From Chrysomallon squamiferum (lineage: Eukaryota; Animalia; Mollusca): a stretch of 64,000 bases of DNA. Of the stretch, positions 58,692 through 64,000 are shown piece after piece (the stretch's first letter is position 1; each line of letters starts with the position of its first letter). The translations under genes and the position numbers were made by a program. The stretch covers positions 12,648,001 to 12,712,000 of the forward strand of contig CM022670.1 in NCBI GenBank assembly GCA_012295275.1, given 5' to 3'. The notes below the pieces were generated by a model. That model saw nothing but the letters and a program-made list of their open reading frames with translations. It ran no database searches and was not told the origin of the DNA.

Positions 58692-61128
58692 AATAAAATA
58701 AAAATGAAACATGTTTAATCCATATCAAATTATCAAATATGTGACAATAATTTTGGAAGTGACAGAAAATTTATAAATGTGTTTTAATTACCTTTTAAGT
58801 AAAAATAATAACAATAACAATAATAATAATAATAATAATAATTTAGGAACTATTTTCTAAATTTAATTTATTTTAATTTACATTTTTCAGTTTGTAGTAA
58901 TCCACTGAGATAATTGTGAAAAGATAATGAGTAAATTTACACACAAATTTCTTTACTCACATTACTTTGAGCTCTGGTATATTTTGAATTAAGAGCTGTT
59001 TGAGTGTAAGAAATAAACGTCAGTAAACATTCCTCTTCTACCGGATTTAGTAGTTTGTTCACGATGTATCAACAGCTATAAAATAATAACATCCTAGTCG
59101 ACTTCAAATGTTTTTGAACGTAATCTATCCGCCAAGGGAATGAAGTGTGTTCTCATCAAAGAAACTACTGATAATAAAAATAATGCACGAAACAGATGGC
59201 GGACCGTGCCACTTCAAACAGATAGCGCGACTATTGTATATTTATATATTTGAACATAAAATAATATATATATATATATATATATATCATTATACAATTT
59301 TGCAATTTTTTTTTTTAAAATCTGTCAGCAGTGGATCTAAGATTTTAGAAATCCATCTTGTTGGTATATCTGCTACAGTATTTGTAATGGTTTTGCAGTA
59401 ATTGTTGTTGTGGTGGTAGTGGTAATTATAGTATGAGTACTAGTAGTATTGGTAATAATGTGGACAAACAAGCGCAATCTAAACTGTGTAGCATGCTGAA
59501 CATTTTGTTCTAATACGATAAATATAGCATCAAGGTGGAAATCGATTGTGAGACCTCATTTTATTTATTAGTAATAGTTGTATATACTTTTTACACATGA
59601 TCATCAAAGTGATTCAGTTGGTAACAAATGTACACCCATTTTATAAATTTAATTAACAAGAATAAGAAAAATTACGTTAACCGAACTTTTAACTTATGCT
59701 ATTGGCTTGTCACTTTAACTGTATACCTTTAACATAAAGTCTATTTATAAGTAGTAACACAAAAGATTCAGTCAAAGGTGTTAATATTGGGAAAGACGAT
59801 ATTGCTGTTAACTGCGTATTAATCTATAGATGTAATATAGACACCACAAGCAGCCGTATCAATAATAGCATTCATCACACAGTTCTGAAATGTCACATAT
59901 TACGAATCCACTGACAGTAATAAGAGGAGTTTGCAGCTAGTTAATAGTCCATAAATAATAATACTGTATTAGTATCAGATTTCGAATCTTTATCGGCCAT
60001 AAACGATTTGTTATTTTTTCTGCAAATGGCGACGTTTACGCGGCTGATCGAATGCCGGCAAGTGCGAAACGTTTAAACAGTGGGAATGATAACAGTTTTC
60101 TTGCTACAGCTACTACAGAATAATTATGTTTAGCAGTATTATAAAAGAATATAGCTGCATACAGTTTGTTATTAAATAAATAAAATTACTCGTCAAGACT
60201 GATTCATAAACCGAAAGAGAACTAGAGATGAAAGAGAACTATAGACATGATAGACATACATTCACAGAGACAGACACCGAGAGAAACAAACAAACATACA
60301 GCCACAAAGAACGTGATTAGAAACGTATTTACCAAACCCAAACGGTTTGTGATTTGTGGTAAAGGAAAGGGCAGGTTCTAATCAGTATTTCAGTAAGACA
60401 TTTATTGTAATGGCTTTATAATTTAGATAAGAACAAGATCATCATCTACTACCTACTACAACGACTACTACTACTACTACTTCTTCTTTTTCTTCTACAT
60501 GCATTAGTACTACCTATCAGTATAAATAATATGACTATATTATTTTACAAAGAAAACATGACTCGCATCGTCTTCATAAACAACAAAAACAAGAGATTAA
60601 TAGACTAAGAACCATCGTCGAAAAAAAAAAAAAAACAGTCTAATCAGTCAAATAAAATCTATTCTAAGACAGACAATGAACCTTAAAAGACATCTAAAAC
60701 GTAAAATCATTATCTATGTACTGTAGCAGTCAGTGACCTGGAGTCAACAACCAGAAGCTTTTCCTTCTTTTCTTTTCTTTCCCCCACTGTGCAAAGTATC
60801 GAAATACACGTAAATATTGAGTGAACGACCGTGGAGAATACTAGTACTGATAAACACTGACTAAAGATAGTGAAATCAAATATGATGGACAAGGACTGAA
60901 GAATGTGCTGGGCAGCTCTATCGCAGGGATATTCCTCGGTGTGTGTAGGTCTGAGTCTGTAGAGATAGGAAATCAGACGACAGCTCCACGTTCTCACTTT
61001 ATAGATGATGTGTTCGGTGGTTCAAGGTTACTCTTCTACTTTAACACTTCCATCCGTCTCTTCCAGTTGGTTTTCTGCTGATAAGCGTTGCTAATAATAA
61101 AGTACGAAACCTAAATGTTTTTCTTATT

Positions 61129-61228
61129 AGTGTTATATTTGTAAAAAAAACAACAACAAAAAAACATTGATCGCCAGAATATATATTTTCTTTTTTACTT
61201 TTTTTTTAATTTTAAAATTATTTTATTT

Positions 61229-61276
<48 letters not shown>

Positions 61277-61323
61277 TGGCGATCAACGTTTTTTTGTTGT
61301 TGTTTTTTTACAAATATAACACT
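61129..61323. repeat. Inverted repeat (fold-back) with ~57-bp arms around an AT-rich spacer
   Basis: 61129-61186 (AGTGTTATATTTGTAAAAAAAACAACAACAAAAAAACATTGATCGCCAGAATATATAT) is the reverse complement of about 61267-61323, apart from one substitution and one homopolymer length difference. Confidence 0.9.
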
Positions 61324-61954
61324 TTTTTTTTTTTCTTAATGTTTCTCCTGTTTCTGGTTCCACATAAAAATCACATTAACTTCATTTAATTTTCTTCTGG
61401 ACAACTTACATATTTCGTATAATTCAGAAATGGCAAACATATCACTTTATAGGTTTATTTTGGAATCAGCAGACAGTTATTATGTAAATGAAGTCAGTAA
61501 CTGGTTACATCTGTCTGACAATGCATTTAATTTCACACAGGTTGCTGCTAAAATGTCCTGATTGTAAAATTGATAGAAAATTTTATTTACTTATATATAC
61601 TTTTGTATCAGCTGTATTTATCACTTACCAGAATTGCATGTGTCATAGTATTTAGAAACAAATAAAATGTACAGTTTGTATATTAATAAATAACGATGGT
61701 TTATATAATTTTAGAAACTATTTCTGCTACATGTTTTCCACTGCAATATAATGTCACTTTTGTCAGATATACTTAATACAGAAATGTACTCATGCATGCT
61801 TGTATCTATCAGTTGTTCGTTAACCAGTAATAATCAAACTCTTCCTCGCAGAATCACTGACAGCCTTCACGTCATGCTGAGAAATAGCAATTCTGTAATT
61901 TGACAACGCATTAAAATAACGTCTACAACATTACTTAAATCATGAGATTTTTTG

Positions 61955-62110
61955 CTCGCCAGATGACCGGTAACAAGCTTTCCGGAAATGATCTGACTTC
62001 CGGTAAAACGACATGTACTTCCTGTCCGAGCTCGCGCTTTCCTCGCTGATTAGCCAATTACGAAGCAGCTTTCTAACAGCGCGGCCGGAAATCGTGCGTT
62101 TCTCTTGCAG
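61955..62110. promoter_or_regulatory. Promoter-like CpG-rich cluster with several ETS sites and a CCAAT box
   Basis: CCGGAAAT (twice), ACTTCCGG, ACTTCCTG and AGCCAAT within about 130 bp of CpG-rich sequence. Confidence 0.5.
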
Positions 62111-62301
62111 CCTGTCTACCCACTGATACGGTCATTATCTGGCATGTTTCCTGCAGCTGATGAAACAATCGCCTACATGAAAATACTTAATTAGCAGTGA
62201 ATAAACAGATTCATGCTGAATTAGGCTGATTTTGACAAATGATCGGATGTGGTGGCTTGACAGTGTCCTCAGATATGTTGATGCATTGAGTATAGAGAGA
62301 G

Positions 62302-62347
<46 letters not shown>

Positions 62348-63084
62348 GATAGAATTTAGATTTCAAAAATTTAAGACTTTAGGAAGAGTGAACTTTAATG
62401 AACCTGGTTCAGAAGATTAAATATTACAGCAGGATTTGCAAAACATTCAGTATTCTATGCTATTAGAGTTTCAAATCTTTCTATCGTTTGAAGAAAAAAC
62501 ATCTAATAGGTTTTGTTAAGTAGCTAAATACAGAAAGAGAATGAGGAAACATTGAGATATGGAATACTTCTGAAACAGGTTCATTAAAGTCAATTCTTCC
62601 TAATGCCTTAAACTTTTAAAAGTTTTTTGTTCTTTTTTTCTTTTTTTTTTTTTTTTTTCTTTTGGCTTTTTTCGTTTTCTCCATTAAGTTTTGATCGCTG
62701 ATGTTGCTACTGTTATTACAGTTTCGACTTAGTTGTTATTTTTATTATTGCATCACCATAAGAAACTATTTAAATGGATCTAAGTTAAATTACATCCGAC
62801 GTCAGACTTTCTCAAAAGGTGAACATTTTTAACAACCTATTATGTCATATGTCATTTAAAACAAATTTCCTCTCACTTTCCATTTCATTTCCTTTCCATA
62901 TTCATTCGTTTTGTCCGCTTGATTAGACAGTCGTGAAGACTAAATGTTTGTTGTTGTAATAGAACAGAAATTTAATTCAAAATCGTTTATCCTCGATTAT
63001 CACGAATGGAAAGGTTTGTACGTAGCACAATTTACCCTTTTCTTCCGTGTCGAATGTCCATTTCCGATTAATCGCAATAAAAGG

Positions 63085-63190
63085 TAACAAAACGGAAGTC
63101 GCCTGCCCTTTTTAAAATTGTTGAAATCATCGGTCACATGATAGGATACTAAACATTTTTTTTTTTTTTTTTAAATCGCCATTTTTATAC
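63085..63190. promoter_or_regulatory. Promoter-like motif trio: ETS (CGGAAGT), E-box (GTCACATGA) and YY1 (CGCCATTTT)
   Basis: Three canonical housekeeping-promoter motifs within about 100 bp. Confidence 0.4.
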
Positions 63191-64000
63191 TTTTATTTAC
63201 TTTTACTAAAATCACGTTAAAATACTGTAAATAATAATAATAATATGATCCAACAACCTAAGAGTCTTTTATTCTATTCTTTGTTATGTTTATCCACCAA
63301 AGGATCGTGCACATGTTCCAAGGACTCACATGTCTGCGTACCTTTTCTAGAGGTGATCCGAATACCTGTTATACTTAAATTCCAATGTGAACTAAAACAA
63401 CATAATCACAAAACAGCTGATATGTTGTTCTCATCTAAATTATAGCGAATTGCTTCACATTACGTTAAATGACTGGATCGATGTCTCTAAATATACACCA
63501 TAGATTATTTATTTATATATACATTGCATTACTTCCTAAATTGCGAATTAGTGATCACGAACTTATGTGATTGATTGCTTGCTCTCATATTTTAGTACGT
63601 TTTGTATAGTTAATGATATCGGAAAAAAAGAAAGATGAAACTGGTTAAAACTTTTATACAAAACAAAATTGTCAACTCCTTTCAATAATTCTACATTTAG
63701 TAAAGTGTTCAATAAACAAACTAAATTATGAATTCCGTGATGCATCAATGAACACATAATATACATACATACATACACACAGATATTCATACATACACAC
63801 ATACATTCATACATACACACATACATTCATACATACACACATACATATAGATATAAAATACAAACGAACACGTACAGAAACACTCCACATTGATCTATGT
63901 GCTCGGCTGTTTTCAGGCACAGTGAGACACTGATTAACAAACAGATTTGTGTGTCTGATCCGTACAAGCGATTCTCGTGGGTATTTAAGCATTTATTTCC

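Overview
Eukaryotic, very AT-rich, gene-poor DNA, almost entirely intronic or intergenic. It is saturated with microsatellites ((AG)n/(CT)n, (TACA)n, (TAT)n, (TTTA)n, (TAG)n, (TG)n). This composition, plus the one recognisable gene, fits a mollusc, possibly an octopod cephalopod; the taxon cannot be proven from the sequence. Nearly all entries in the ORF track are microsatellite artefacts. The only well-supported gene is a spliced minus-strand gene that the track misses: a signal-peptide exon (10997-11133) joined in phase 0 to an exon (4843-5005) encoding a Lustrin/WR1-type 6-cysteine repeat, i.e. a small secreted Cys-rich protein. Other structure: (1) a ~235-bp inverted duplication of an apparent terminal exon (40136-40370 + / 49692-49927 -); (2) a 38-bp intronic minisatellite; (3) complementary (AG)n and (CT)n tracts bracketing the Lustrin exon; (4) a ~53-bp-period array of ETS-CRE-like motifs; (5) two CTCF-like sites, promoter-like motif clusters near 62-63 kb, a 57-bp-arm fold-back, and several low-confidence candidate exons. 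I found no rRNA, intact tRNA, CRISPR array or autonomous transposon. I cannot claim a new biological system; the findings are testable leads.
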